Shown: positions 29,571 to 39,222 of the stretch, one piece after another
Layout of the letters: each line of letters begins with the position of its first letter
How positions within the stretch are numbered: position 1 is the first letter of the stretch
NCBI GenBank assembly: GCA_963735595.1
Contig: CAVTLK010000001.1
Span: forward strand, 352,001 to 416,000
Origin: an uncultured delta proteobacterium
GTDB lineage: Bacteria > Desulfobacterota > Zymogenia > Zymogenales > Zymogenaceae
Length of the DNA stretch: 64,000 nucleotides
Direction of reading: 5' to 3'
Notes under the pieces: model-generated
Databases searched by the model: none
Seen by the model: only the letters and a program-made list of their open reading frames with translations
What the model was told of the DNA's origin: nothing
Position numbers and translations under genes: made by a program

Positions 29571-30959
29571 ATGTCCGATATCAAAGACATCGACTATGCA
29601 CGTGTGCTCAAAACGATCCTGCAAAACGGCGGAGAATATGCCGATATTTACGTTGAAAAGTCCGAGAGCACCTTTATTGTTTGCGAGGATAACAAAATCG
29701 AGAAGGTCATATCCGGCACGGATGCCGGCATAGGCCTCCGTTTGATCAGGAATTTCAAGACCGCTTACGCCTATACGAACGATCCTTCCGAATCTAACCT
29801 CACGTCTCTGGCCCGGGAGCTTGCTGACTCCTTTGGAACAAATCCGTTACCCGGTCCTGATATCGTTCTTTCCCGTTGTAAACCGCCGTTTCTGTTAACG
29901 GCCGCGATTGATCCGACCGACGTTGCCGTCAGCCGTAAAATCGAGTATGTCGTCCGCGCCAATGAAACTTCCCGCAACCGCAAGACAACACGGCAGGCAA
30001 AGGTCATCTATCGCGATTCGAAGAAGGACGTGACAATCGCCAACACTCTGGGAAATCTGACTTCCGAAGAAAAATCGGGCACAATCTTTGCCGTACATAT
30101 TGTAGCGCAGAAGGATGGTATTATCCAAACCGGTTACGAGCCGGTAGGTGGAACCCTCGGATTTGAGCTCTTCGATGAAAATCCTCCCGAGACGGTCGCG
30201 AATGCTGCTACGCAACGCGCCGAGTTGATGTTAGATGCCATACCTGCACCGGCCGGGAGATTCCCGGTCGTCCTTTCATCATCGGCCGGCGGTACGATGA
30301 TCCACGAGGCGGTCGGTCATGGTCTCGAGTCCGATCTGGCCGGTAAAATGCTTTCAGTATATTCAGGTAAAATCGGACAAAAGGTCGCCTCCGATTTGAT
30401 CACCGTGTTGGACGATTCCACCCTTCCCGGACGGCGCGGTTCCTTTACCTTCGATGATGAAGGAACTCCGTCCCAGCGGACGGTTCTCGTCGAAAATGGA
30501 GTCCTCGTCAATTTCATGTATGATAGGCTTTCCGCTCTCAAGGAAGGAAGACAAAGCACCGGAAATGGAAGGAGAGAGTCTTATCGTCACAAACCCATAC
30601 CCCGTATGACCAATACCATAATCGCGTCGGGCGCCCATAATCCCGATGAAATCGTTTCGTCTATTGACCGCGGGCTACTCGTTATAAAGATGGGGGGCGG
30701 GCAGGTCAACACCGTTAACGGCCAGTTCGTCTTCGAGGTGAGTGAGGGCTACATGATCGAGAAAGGCAAGGTCGGCGCGCCCGTGCGTGGCGCGATCCTG
30801 ACCGGTAAAGGACCCGAGGTCCTCAGCGAAATAGATATGGTCGGAAGTGATCTCGGTTTCGGTATCGGAACCTGCGGCAAAGACGGCCAGGGTGTTCCCG
30901 TTGCCGACGCCCAACCGACGCTGCGTATCCCCCAAATCACCGTCGGCGGCAGGGTGTAA
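29571..30959 (+). CDS. tldD: TldD-family metalloprotease
   Basis: HEAVGHGLE, FDDEG, TGNGRRESY, PRMTNT, GGGQV, GTCGKDGQGVPV. Confidence 0.92.
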   Translation: MSDIKDIDYARVLKTILQNGGEYADIYVEKSESTFIVCEDNKIEKVISGTDAGIGLRLIRNFKTAYAYTNDPSESNLTSLARELADSFGTNPLPGPDIVLSRCKPPFLLTAAIDPTDVAVSRKIEYVVRANETSRNRKTTRQAKVIYRDSKKDVTIANTLGNLTSEEKSGTIFAVHIVAQKDGIIQTGYEPVGGTLGFELFDENPPETVANAATQRAELMLDAIPAPAGRFPVVLSSSAGGTMIHEAVGHGLESDLAGKMLSVYSGKIGQKVASDLITVLDDSTLPGRRGSFTFDDEGTPSQRTVLVENGVLVNFMYDRLSALKEGRQSTGNGRRESYRHKPIPRMTNTIIASGAHNPDEIVSSIDRGLLVIKMGGGQVNTVNGQFVFEVSEGYMIEKGKVGAPVRGAILTGKGPEVLSEIDMVGSDLGFGIGTCGKDGQGVPVADAQPTLRIPQITVGGRV

Positions 30960-31131
30960 CAAAAGCGTCCGCCTGCCCATATTTTCGTCGCTATCATGGT
31001 GCTGAACATTCTTTCGTCGCCTTCTTCCGATAACCCTGTACTTCCCAATTGTGTGTCGTGATTTGCCGCCGTAGCGGCCTGCGTGCGCCCATATAATAGC
31101 AATACGACGAAGTCGCCCCGCTCCATCAAAT

Positions 31132-31159
31132 AAAAAACCGGTTCTCTTGAGAACCGGTT
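31132..31159. terminator. Intrinsic terminator between convergent genes
   Basis: AACCGGTTCTC / GAGAACCGGTT inverted repeat preceded by an A tract (T tract on the minus strand). Confidence 0.65.
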
Positions 31160-31220
31160 CTATCGATCCCAAACAGTGAGGGATCGTAGTCATTTTCCGC
31201 TTTTCGTTGCTTTCGTAATC

Positions 31221-31922
31221 CTATTTCTTCCCATTACCGAGAATGACCAGGGCGTCCACCGCCACGGGTTTATCCCCCGCGATGATGAGGGGATTGATAT
31301 CCAGTTCTTTAACTTCTTCATGTTCAAGGCCGATCTGGCCGACGGCTATCAGGGCTTTTGCCAGCACCGATCTATTAACCGCCGGTTTCCCCCTGAATTC
31401 GTCGAGTATCTTCTTAGCCTTTATCTCATCCATCATCTGCATGGCGTCAAACTCGGTCAGGGGCGCTACGCGGAATGACACGTCCCGGAGGATCTCGGTA
31501 TAGATCCCGCCGAGCCCGAACATGACGCAGGGGCCGAACTGAGGGTCGCGGGAAAGCCCGACAACAAGCTCCCTCTGCCCCTTGATCATTTCCTGTACGA
31601 GGATGCCGCCCTTCGGCACGACGCCGGTTTCCATGATGCGGTCATAGGCCTTACGCACCTCCTCTTCCGAGGAAAGATTCAGCTCGATGACGTTCATCTC
31701 GGTCTTGTGGGTGAGCTCGGGGGACTCCCCCTTGAGGACGACGGGAAATCCCATTGACTTAGCGATATTGACCGCCTCATCCGGGTTTGCCGCCATCTCC
31801 TCGCGCGTGACCGGTATGCCGTACGCCTTCAGGAAGAGTTTCGACTGGTGTTCGGACAGGTTCTTTTGTCCGTTCTTTACGGCCTGCGCAATTATGTCTT
31901 TGGCGGACTTATCCACGATCAC
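31221..31922 (-). CDS. ADP-forming acetate/acyl-CoA ligase, ATP-grasp (beta) subunit
   Basis: LSEHQSK.FL.AYGIP, GFPVVLK, HKTE, DPQFGP.VMFGLGG, ELDINPL. Confidence 0.9.
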   Translation of the reverse strand: MIVDKSAKDIIAQAVKNGQKNLSEHQSKLFLKAYGIPVTREEMAANPDEAVNIAKSMGFPVVLKGESPELTHKTEMNVIELNLSSEEEVRKAYDRIMETGVVPKGGILVQEMIKGQRELVVGLSRDPQFGPCVMFGLGGIYTEILRDVSFRVAPLTEFDAMQMMDEIKAKKILDEFRGKPAVNRSVLAKALIAVGQIGLEHEEVKELDINPLIIAGDKPVAVDALVILGNGKK

Positions 31923-31984
31923 TTCCCCCTTTCACAGTGAGGAGGGGGGGAATAATCCCCCCCTCATACGATTCTCAGTATCGC

Positions 31985-32716
31985 CTATTTCATGTCCTTG
32001 ATGACTTTAGCCAGAAGCTCTTTTGCCTCTGCCATATCTTTCTTGTCGTCCTTGGTCTCCGGCTTGCCGTTGGCGATTATGAACTCAAGCCGCTCCTTCG
32101 CCTTGGCGTATTCTTTCTGCTTGTAGTAAGACTTGCCAAGGTAGAGGTTTACCGCGATGCCGTCAGGGTTATACTTCAGGCCCTTATTGAAGTAGTCAAT
32201 ACCCTTCTTAAGGTCTCCACCCGGGACCTCGTATTCAAGCGCACCGAGGATCGTGTAGCCGCCGCCTTCCTCATAACCCGGGTCCTTTGCAACTACGTTG
32301 TTGCACGCGGTTTTCATCGGCTTCACCAGGAAGAGGCTCTTGAGCACGCCCTTGATTTTACCGTACTTGCCGGCGTTGAGCGCGAACCAGTAGTTGGTGT
32401 TTACGTCCTTGGTGCCCTTATTGAAATACGGTTCGAGGGCTTTGTATCCCTTGCTAAAGATACCTTCCTGCGTTTTTGCGTCATCCGTTCGTGCGCCGAC
32501 AAAATAGGAGGCCCGTCCGAATCTCCACGCAGCAGCCTCGTTGGAAGCGGCAAGACCCTCAAGGTCTTTCATGTTCGCTTTGACAGCGGCCACGTCTTTC
32601 TTCTTGTAGACGTCATCGGCTACTTTGAATATTTCTTCCGGTGTAGCCGCATAAGCCATAGCTGCAAACATTCCCACTATTACAGCAATCGAGATGAGAA
32701 ACAGAACTTTCTTCAT
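31985..32716 (-). CDS. Secreted TPR-like protein (TatT/TRAP-associated-like)
   Basis: Signal peptide; YWFALNAGKYG..KGVLKSL, DPGYEEGG.Y.ILG..Y..VPGG, NLYLG helical repeats. Confidence 0.6.
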   Translation of the reverse strand: MKKVLFLISIAVIVGMFAAMAYAATPEEIFKVADDVYKKKDVAAVKANMKDLEGLAASNEAAAWRFGRASYFVGARTDDAKTQEGIFSKGYKALEPYFNKGTKDVNTNYWFALNAGKYGKIKGVLKSLFLVKPMKTACNNVVAKDPGYEEGGGYTILGALEYEVPGGDLKKGIDYFNKGLKYNPDGIAVNLYLGKSYYKQKEYAKAKERLEFIIANGKPETKDDKKDMAEAKELLAKVIKDMK

Positions 32717-32797
32717 ATCTCCTCCTTATCGAATAAAGGAAACCAAGCACACCCCTTTTTGTATCATTAAAGCACAGTATTTTCAAGGTATTTCTTC

Positions 32798-33529
32798 TTA
32801 CGTCCCTAAAAAAAGTCGCCTTCCGAGATGCTGCGGAAGCCCTTCCCGGACAATCGCGTCTTTTACGGCGCTGACGTTATATTCAACGCGGTGAAACTCG
32901 ACGGTCATATCTTCGTCGTCATAGATTAGGAAAGATGCCCGCGGATCTCTATCCCGAGGCTGGCCGATACTGCCCGGATTGACCAGACAGGCGCTACCCC
33001 TCTTAAGAGAGAACGTCCGCCCGACGGTCGGAGTGTTGTCGTATATCCTATCGAAAATCCCCGAAACGTGCGTATGACCAAAGAAACAGAGGTCGGACCC
33101 GAGCCGATCTCGCATAAAGGCCATGTTCTCGCGGGCGATTGACAACGTGAGGATATATTCGTTAGGGTCACGGGGAGACCCGTGAACCAGGATCGTCGAG
33201 CTATCAATCGCCCGCCGATCGGGGAGTTTCGCAAGAAAACTGCTATGCGCTTGTGTGAGGATGCCGCGGGTCCAGAGGATTGCCTCCCTGGCAAGGGCGT
33301 TAAAGTCATCGGGTTCCTCGAGTCCGGCCGCCACCCTGTCGTGATTACCCATTACGCAGGGAATCGATCTCTCCCTTATAACCTGAACGCATTCGTTCGG
33401 CCACGGATTGTATCCGACGATATCACCAAGACAGAATATCCTCTGGACGTTCAGCTGCTCCACGGCATCCAGAACGGCCCGGAAAGCTATAAGGTTTGCA
33501 TGAATGTCAGAAAGTATCGCCGAACGCAT
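32798..33529 (-). CDS. Metallophosphoesterase (calcineurin-like)
   Basis: SDIHAN, GDIVGY, GNHD, HGSP, GHTH, NPGSIGQPRD. Confidence 0.92.
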   Translation of the reverse strand: MRSAILSDIHANLIAFRAVLDAVEQLNVQRIFCLGDIVGYNPWPNECVQVIRERSIPCVMGNHDRVAAGLEEPDDFNALAREAILWTRGILTQAHSSFLAKLPDRRAIDSSTILVHGSPRDPNEYILTLSIARENMAFMRDRLGSDLCFFGHTHVSGIFDRIYDNTPTVGRTFSLKRGSACLVNPGSIGQPRDRDPRASFLIYDDEDMTVEFHRVEYNVSAVKDAIVREGLPQHLGRRLFLGT

Positions 33530-33623
33530 AGGCCGGTTCCAATCCCCTCCTATCGCGTAATTATCGTATCACGTTCCCGTTAACTTCGACGGTTGTCGCC
33601 GGGAACACGCCGGCATCATGGTA

Positions 33624-35558
33624 TCACTTATTCTCGGGCACATCACTGCAGTCTGTATCAGTTCCACACGTATCCGGAACCTCGATTCCGAGTTCTGCGA
33701 TCCTTTCGGCCGTCGGGTATCCAGTATCAGTATCCCATCCCATCTCGTCGTAGAAGTCAGATCGCATTGTATAAAAACCGTTTTTCTCTATGCCGAGCCG
33801 GTCTCGGTACGGGCCGTCTTTCATATCTCGGGTGAACTGTTCGGGGAGTAAATCGTCGCGTTCCGTAAATCCTTCCCGGTGGTTGTAGATACGGGAGAGC
33901 GTCATTGCCCGTTCGCCGGCGGTAAGGAGCTCGTCGATGTCCGTATTCCACCCGGTTATAGCATTAATCATCTCGACGAGTCTCTCAATATTCATCGGCC
34001 CTCTCGGAGCAAAGCCGAAGTGGCAACAGCCCAGGCAGTCCTGCATCCTCCAGTATCTGGCAGCAATCGCAAAGTTACGCGCTTTGTTGCGCGTCATCTC
34101 GAAGATGTCGGCCGGGTGCTCTATCCCGAGGTGCTTCAATCCAAGAAACACAGCGGACTGGCCGTCGGCAAAGAATGGGTCGTGGGCCGACACCATATGA
34201 TCGGCGCCGATATCGGAGACTGCGTATCCGATGCCGACCCCGGTCTTGATGCGCGGGTCGTGCATCGGGACTTCCTGCTTCTTTACCGTAATAAGGAATT
34301 CATCGGCTCCCCTTCCTATCCGCTCGGCGGCCCTGAAAGACCCCTCCGCCAGAATATCACCAAGCCCCTCGCGGCGAGCAATCAGATCGATTATCGCGAG
34401 AAAGGCATCGCCGTTGCCGAATTCAAGCTTGATTCCGCCCGTATCGTCATCGGTGAGTATTCCCTCACGATAGCATTTCATGGCAAAGGAGATCGTCATT
34501 CCCAGGGAGATGGTGTCCATCCCGTATCGATTTGCCAGCTCGTTTCCCTTGGCAATAACGGTAAAATCATATATACCGCAGTTGGAGCCGAGGGCCGCGA
34601 TTGTTTCGTATTCAGGCCCTCCGTACCGTGAATCGACCGCACGTTTGTCTTGTTTCACGGATACGACACGCTTACACCTGATCGCACAGGCAAAGCATCC
34701 CTTTCTTCCCGTAAGGATCTCTTCGTTATACCGGTCACAGAAGAGCCGCGGACTTTCGTCGGTCACGCCCGTTTCCCAGTTATTAGTCGGCAGGGCCCCG
34801 AACCCTACGAGGGAGTCGACCGTTGCCGCGGTCCCGTACTCGTAGAGCGTCCACCCCTGCTTATTTTCCTTGAACGTCCGCGCGAACTCCCGGGTAATCT
34901 CCCTGAACGCCGCTTCGTCGGCTATCGGCACCTTGTTTGTCCCCCTGACGGCCACCGCCTTCAGGTTCTTGCTTCCCATAATCGCCCCGAGCCCGTTTCT
35001 CCCGTTGTAGTGACCGAACTCGTTTCCGATATTCGCGAAGCGGACGAGCCGCTCCCCGGCCGGCCCGATCATAAGCACACGGGTCTTTACGTCCCCCAGC
35101 TCGTCCCTGATTGTTGTGTCGGCCGGCAGCGCCTCAAAACCCCAGATATGCCGCGCGTCCCGTATCTCGATAGTATCGTCGCGAATCGATATGTAGACCG
35201 GATTTAGCGCTCGTCCTTCGACGATGAGAGCGTCGTACCCCGCAAATTTCAGCTCCGGGCCCCAAAATCCTCCGGCCTCCGACGCCCCGAGCCCTCCCGT
35301 CAGCGGTGATTTCGAAACTGCCGTATAGCGTGGAATGGCCGGTCCCGCCGCACCCGTGAGCGCGCCGGTGGCAAGGATGATAGGGTTTTCAGGAGAGAAT
35401 GGTTCAAGTCCGGGGCGTGTCTCTCGGAGCAGATACGGGAGGGCGAGTCCCCTTCCCCCGAGGTACTTCCTCATGACGCCGTCATCGAGTTGTTCGGTTC
35501 GGCGGCTCCCATCGGCAAGATTAATACGAAGAATCCTGTTCCAGTATCCCCAGGCCAC
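33624..35558 (-). CDS. Tungsten-dependent aldehyde:ferredoxin oxidoreductase family protein
   Basis: YLGGRGL, KSPLTG, GPAGE.LV.FA, GR.GLGA.MGSKNLKA, CFACAIRC, GPEYET, GMDTIS, VKKQE.P.HDPR. Confidence 0.93.
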   Translation of the reverse strand: MAWGYWNRILRINLADGSRRTEQLDDGVMRKYLGGRGLALPYLLRETRPGLEPFSPENPIILATGALTGAAGPAIPRYTAVSKSPLTGGLGASEAGGFWGPELKFAGYDALIVEGRALNPVYISIRDDTIEIRDARHIWGFEALPADTTIRDELGDVKTRVLMIGPAGERLVRFANIGNEFGHYNGRNGLGAIMGSKNLKAVAVRGTNKVPIADEAAFREITREFARTFKENKQGWTLYEYGTAATVDSLVGFGALPTNNWETGVTDESPRLFCDRYNEEILTGRKGCFACAIRCKRVVSVKQDKRAVDSRYGGPEYETIAALGSNCGIYDFTVIAKGNELANRYGMDTISLGMTISFAMKCYREGILTDDDTGGIKLEFGNGDAFLAIIDLIARREGLGDILAEGSFRAAERIGRGADEFLITVKKQEVPMHDPRIKTGVGIGYAVSDIGADHMVSAHDPFFADGQSAVFLGLKHLGIEHPADIFEMTRNKARNFAIAARYWRMQDCLGCCHFGFAPRGPMNIERLVEMINAITGWNTDIDELLTAGERAMTLSRIYNHREGFTERDDLLPEQFTRDMKDGPYRDRLGIEKNGFYTMRSDFYDEMGWDTDTGYPTAERIAELGIEVPDTCGTDTDCSDVPENK

Positions 35559-35813
35559 TTACCCTCCGGTTACCATGGGATATATTTCCACTACATCGCC
35601 GTCTTTGAGCGGATAGGGTATAATCAGTAACGATTCTACAGGCTGTTTGTTGACGAGCACCAATCCCACTTCCCCGCGATCGATAGGAAGCCCAAAGAGC
35701 ACATCCCGAATATCGGCGGCTTGAAACGACAGGGTGTGTCTTCCTTTCATGTATCGTCGAAAGGAACCGTACAGGTTCACCTTAACTCTCGGGGATGATG
35801 CGTCAGTTGTCAT
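35559..35813 (-). CDS. MoaD/ThiS-family sulfur carrier
   Basis: Ubiquitin-like pattern ending LKDGDVVEIYPMVTGG; abuts the AOR gene. Confidence 0.88.
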   Translation of the reverse strand: MTTDASSPRVKVNLYGSFRRYMKGRHTLSFQAADIRDVLFGLPIDRGEVGLVLVNKQPVESLLIIPYPLKDGDVVEIYPMVTGG

Positions 35814-35863
35814 ATATCCTTTTTCTGTTATTCTGCCGATCGATACGATAGCAACGACGTTTC

Positions 35864-37105
35864 TCAGTGTTGGGCCCTGAGGCTCTCGATGAACGCCTCG
35901 ACCCTCGTCCTGGTCTGCGCCTCGGAGAAGGACCGCTCATCGGTCATGTCGGCTTCGATAATTATCGTCGGTATATCGAGGTCCTTCTGGATTATACGCG
36001 CTATATCCAGCTGGCCCAGCGAATAGGGCTTACATGAACGGTTCGAATGCATAACAAATCCGTCGGCGGAGTATCGCTTTATGAGCGCTTTTATCTCCGA
36101 GACCATCTGCTCGATGTCGATATTAAGGTATACCTCGGTATAGGATCGAGACATCGTCTCGATTAGGTTATCCGGGTCAAGGCAGGCCCTGGCCCACGCG
36201 TTAGTATACGTATCTGCGACCAAACACGCCCCGTTAACAGCGAACAGCTCCGATAGGGGCCGGAGCGCGAACCAGACCGGAATATTGTCCCAGAGGAGGC
36301 GGTATTTCTCGTTATCGACGGCCGCGATCCCGTCGGTAATCCGCTTCCTGAGCTCGGCAAGTAGCCCTACGTAGAAATCGTTACACTGGGTTGTGCCCCG
36401 CAGCGTGACGATGGGTGCGATAAAGAAGAAGGCATCAAAACAGCTCATGGGAGACGGCCGATTCTCGCACGTCGAGAGGACTTCGTTCCAGAGACCGACT
36501 CCCTCAACGGAGAGACGGCCCACCTCTTTGAGGCGGTCGCGGTCCATCTTCTTGCCGCACTGTTCCTCCAAAAAACGGATATACTCCTCCATCTGGCTCG
36601 TCACGTAGCGATGTGCCGATTCGGTCTTATGCTGGTGGATGAAGGGAGTGTCGATAAGAAACATCGGAACATCAAAGTGCCGGGCCAGGATCTCGTACCA
36701 CTTGGTGACGGTTCCGCAGATGTTGTTGCACGCTATCACGAAGTCGGGCTTCGGAAGGCCGCCGGGAATCGGGCTCTTCTTAGTGACGGCGCTCCCGATA
36801 TCTCCCCGAAAGTATGAACACAGGTCGCGGGAATATCCCATATCTTCCGAAATCCCGCACATCTCCACGCTCATCTTCGACGCCCCCAGCATCGCCCCGT
36901 GGTTCTCCGGATAGATTGGAATGATATCCATGGCGTGCAACGGCTCCACCGGCCCCCCGGAGGTGATCCACGCAATCTTCTTATTCCCGCTTGCCTCGGC
37001 GACCTTGGATTCGGTATAATACGCCGTCATCAGGTCCCGCATCGTCCGGGCCGATTGAAATTTCTTTTTTTCTTTTTCCGGGTCTTTTATTTTTTCATCT
37101 GCCAC
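35864..37105 (-). CDS. 2-hydroxyacyl-CoA dehydratase / class I benzoyl-CoA reductase family subunit (BcrB/HgdA-like)
   Basis: YPENH, GYSRDLCSY, LPKPD...CNNIC..V.KW, HSNRSCKP, IEADM.D.R.FS. Confidence 0.88.
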   Translation of the reverse strand: MADEKIKDPEKEKKKFQSARTMRDLMTAYYTESKVAEASGNKKIAWITSGGPVEPLHAMDIIPIYPENHGAMLGASKMSVEMCGISEDMGYSRDLCSYFRGDIGSAVTKKSPIPGGLPKPDFVIACNNICGTVTKWYEILARHFDVPMFLIDTPFIHQHKTESAHRYVTSQMEEYIRFLEEQCGKKMDRDRLKEVGRLSVEGVGLWNEVLSTCENRPSPMSCFDAFFFIAPIVTLRGTTQCNDFYVGLLAELRKRITDGIAAVDNEKYRLLWDNIPVWFALRPLSELFAVNGACLVADTYTNAWARACLDPDNLIETMSRSYTEVYLNIDIEQMVSEIKALIKRYSADGFVMHSNRSCKPYSLGQLDIARIIQKDLDIPTIIIEADMTDERSFSEAQTRTRVEAFIESLRAQH

Positions 37106-38250
37106 GGCCGTCTCCTATCATCTCCATGAATGCATCGATACGTGTTTTTATCTGACCAAGTGAGGGATTGTCCATCTCCGTTTCGAGGAGCATATGGGGG
37201 ACCTTGAGCGAATCCACCGACTCCTTCAGGTAAGGGTAGTCAAAGGAATGGGGATCGCAGAATTTTATCATCAGGAATATAACCCCCTGCGCTCCACTGT
37301 CCTGCACCATCTTTTTGAGATAGGCTCCCCGATCGAACTGCGGATTATGTTTGGCCGCACAGATCGGCCGCCGTATGATTCGATCGGCGAGCGCTTCAAT
37401 CGGCTTTGTGCCCTTTTCATCCGCGTTAACGACAAAATAGCGTGAGCCGGTACACATATCGTCCCCGACGACGGTTCCTCCGGCCGATTCGATATAGTCA
37501 TATATTTCGTTAAAGACGCAGAGGTTGCCGGCGAGGAAAATCCTTGTCGGATGCCCTCCTCCCGCCGTATTATCGAGATCCGTCAGCAACGATTCCATGA
37601 GGAGGTTATGCTCCTCAACCGGCATAAACATAGCGGCCTGTACGCAGTCGTTGAGGGCTGAGGATGGCAGTATTGCGGGATTTTCCTTCTTGGCCTCGTA
37701 GAGCCGCGCGAGATTTCCCCTCATGCGGTTATAGAGTTTGATCGCCTCGACGAGCGAGTCGTCACCGATCGTTCGTCCGGTGAATGCCTCGATCTTCTTG
37801 ACAAATGACCCAAGCTCTTCAATCAGATAGGTTCGTGCGCTCTCGGTCTGGAGTTTAACGGGTAGGACGATGTCGGCGTGAAACGAATAGCCTGTATTGA
37901 TTCTCCAGATATCCGAAAGCCGCTGAATAGAATCACAGGTATGCGGGAAAACCGCCCCCTCCAGGAAATCGAGCTGGTTGGTCAGGGCCATGTCAAGGCC
38001 CGTTCTAACGAGTGAACATGAGTAGCTCTGGAGGTGAGAATCGGAACATACGACGCTCTTTTTGCTGACCTATGATGCGAAAGGGAATCCCCCCCCCCGC
38101 GTGGATGATCTCTTCGGGTGTGTAGGTGCAGAAATATCCGAATACCGGGCGCTTGTAGCGATCCTTGTATTTCCTCGCGGCACCGACGGGATCTTCTACG
38201 GTATTCTTCATGATAGCAAGCACTTCATCACGTGTCATCCGGTACCTCAT
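37095..38250 (-). CDS. 2-hydroxyacyl-CoA dehydratase / benzoyl-CoA reductase family subunit (BcrC/HgdB-like), one indel near 38060
   Basis: GYFCTYTPEEIIHA in the first frame continues as DSHLQSYSCSLVR, HTCDSIQR, DDMCTGSRY, KFCDPH.FD after a shift in an A run. Confidence 0.85.
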
Positions 38251-38253
38251 TTA

Positions 38254-39222
38254 TTAGGCATGCATAAGATATCTATTAATCGGGAGCGTTTTCAGTCTCA
38301 GGTTCCCGGACTCGTCGGGACCGACCTGGAAATGGCTCCCTCCCGTCTTTTTCGAGAGGATCCGGAGGATTTCCGGCGATTCCTTTTTACCTATGTAGAT
38401 TGAGTGAACCGCGATCCCGTCGGCATGAGCAAGCCTTATTTCCCGCGAGATTTCCCGGTCTCCCTCCGTCGGTCTTCCGTCGGTAATGAACACGACGTGT
38501 TTTATCCGGTCATAAACCGCCCTGAACTCCTTTATTGCGTCAAGGAGCGGTAGCTGGTAATTTGTAAAACCGCTGCATCGACATCGGGAAGCCATATCGC
38601 CGATCATCGCATAAGAACGATTGAAGAAGACTCTGCTTTTTAAAAACTTGGTTGACTGGTGGTTGAATTCAAGATACCCGATACGCATACGCCTCTTGCG
38701 CGCTATCCTGATAAGCCCGAGAATGAGCATCGAAGACCACTGCGCCCGGCTTCCGGTCATGGAGGAACTGATATCCCTGATTATGGCCAGCGCGCCTCCC
38801 TTGAGCTTACGCTTTCGCAGCATCGCCAACGGCATTTTTGGGTTGAGGTGGGCCAGCCATACCGCCGAATCGACCGGGTCCACGTCGTCAAACAGGGAAA
38901 AGTCCTCAAGATGCGACCAACTCCGTGGGGATCCGCCGTAATCCTTCATCAGGTCTTCGGTTTTTTGGACTATATTTCCTTCGATGACCTTGAGAATCGG
39001 GTAAACATCGGTGAGAGATTCCTTATTTACCTCTTCCTCTCCCCGATCGACGACCTCTTCCCCGGTCTTTTCTCTGGTCGGCAGCAAGTCCTTAACAATG
39101 AACGACTTGTCCGGGAACTGGTCGAAATCCTTATCGGAGAGTTCCGTGGGCTCCGCCTGACCCTCGTTTATCTCCTGGGGCTGGGCGTCTTCTTCACGCT
39201 CCTGGAATTCGGGCGGATTTAG
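38254..39222 (-). CDS. VWA (MIDAS) domain with acidic linker; frame is open up to the A10 run of the upstream ATPase gene
   Basis: DISSSM (DxSxS), GFTNY, FITDG; no ATG in the first ~90 codons of the frame. Confidence 0.8.
   Translation of the reverse strand, partial: LNPPEFQEREEDAQPQEINEGQAEPTELSDKDFDQFPDKSFIVKDLLPTREKTGEEVVDRGEEEVNKESLTDVYPILKVIEGNIVQKTEDLMKDYGGSPRSWSHLEDFSLFDDVDPVDSAVWLAHLNPKMPLAMLRKRKLKGGALAIIRDISSSMTGSRAQWSSMLILGLIRIARKRRMRIGYLEFNHQSTKFLKSRVFFNRSYAMIGDMASRCRCSGFTNYQLPLLDAIKEFRAVYDRIKHVVFITDGRPTEGDREISREIRLAHADGIAVHSIYIGKKESPEILRILSKKTGGSHFQVGPDESGNLRLKTLPINRYLMHA

Noticed and set aside
35864..38250. Definite benzoyl-CoA reductase call
   Set aside because: The family also includes dehydratases; ATPase subunits and ring-cleavage genes are absent from the window.
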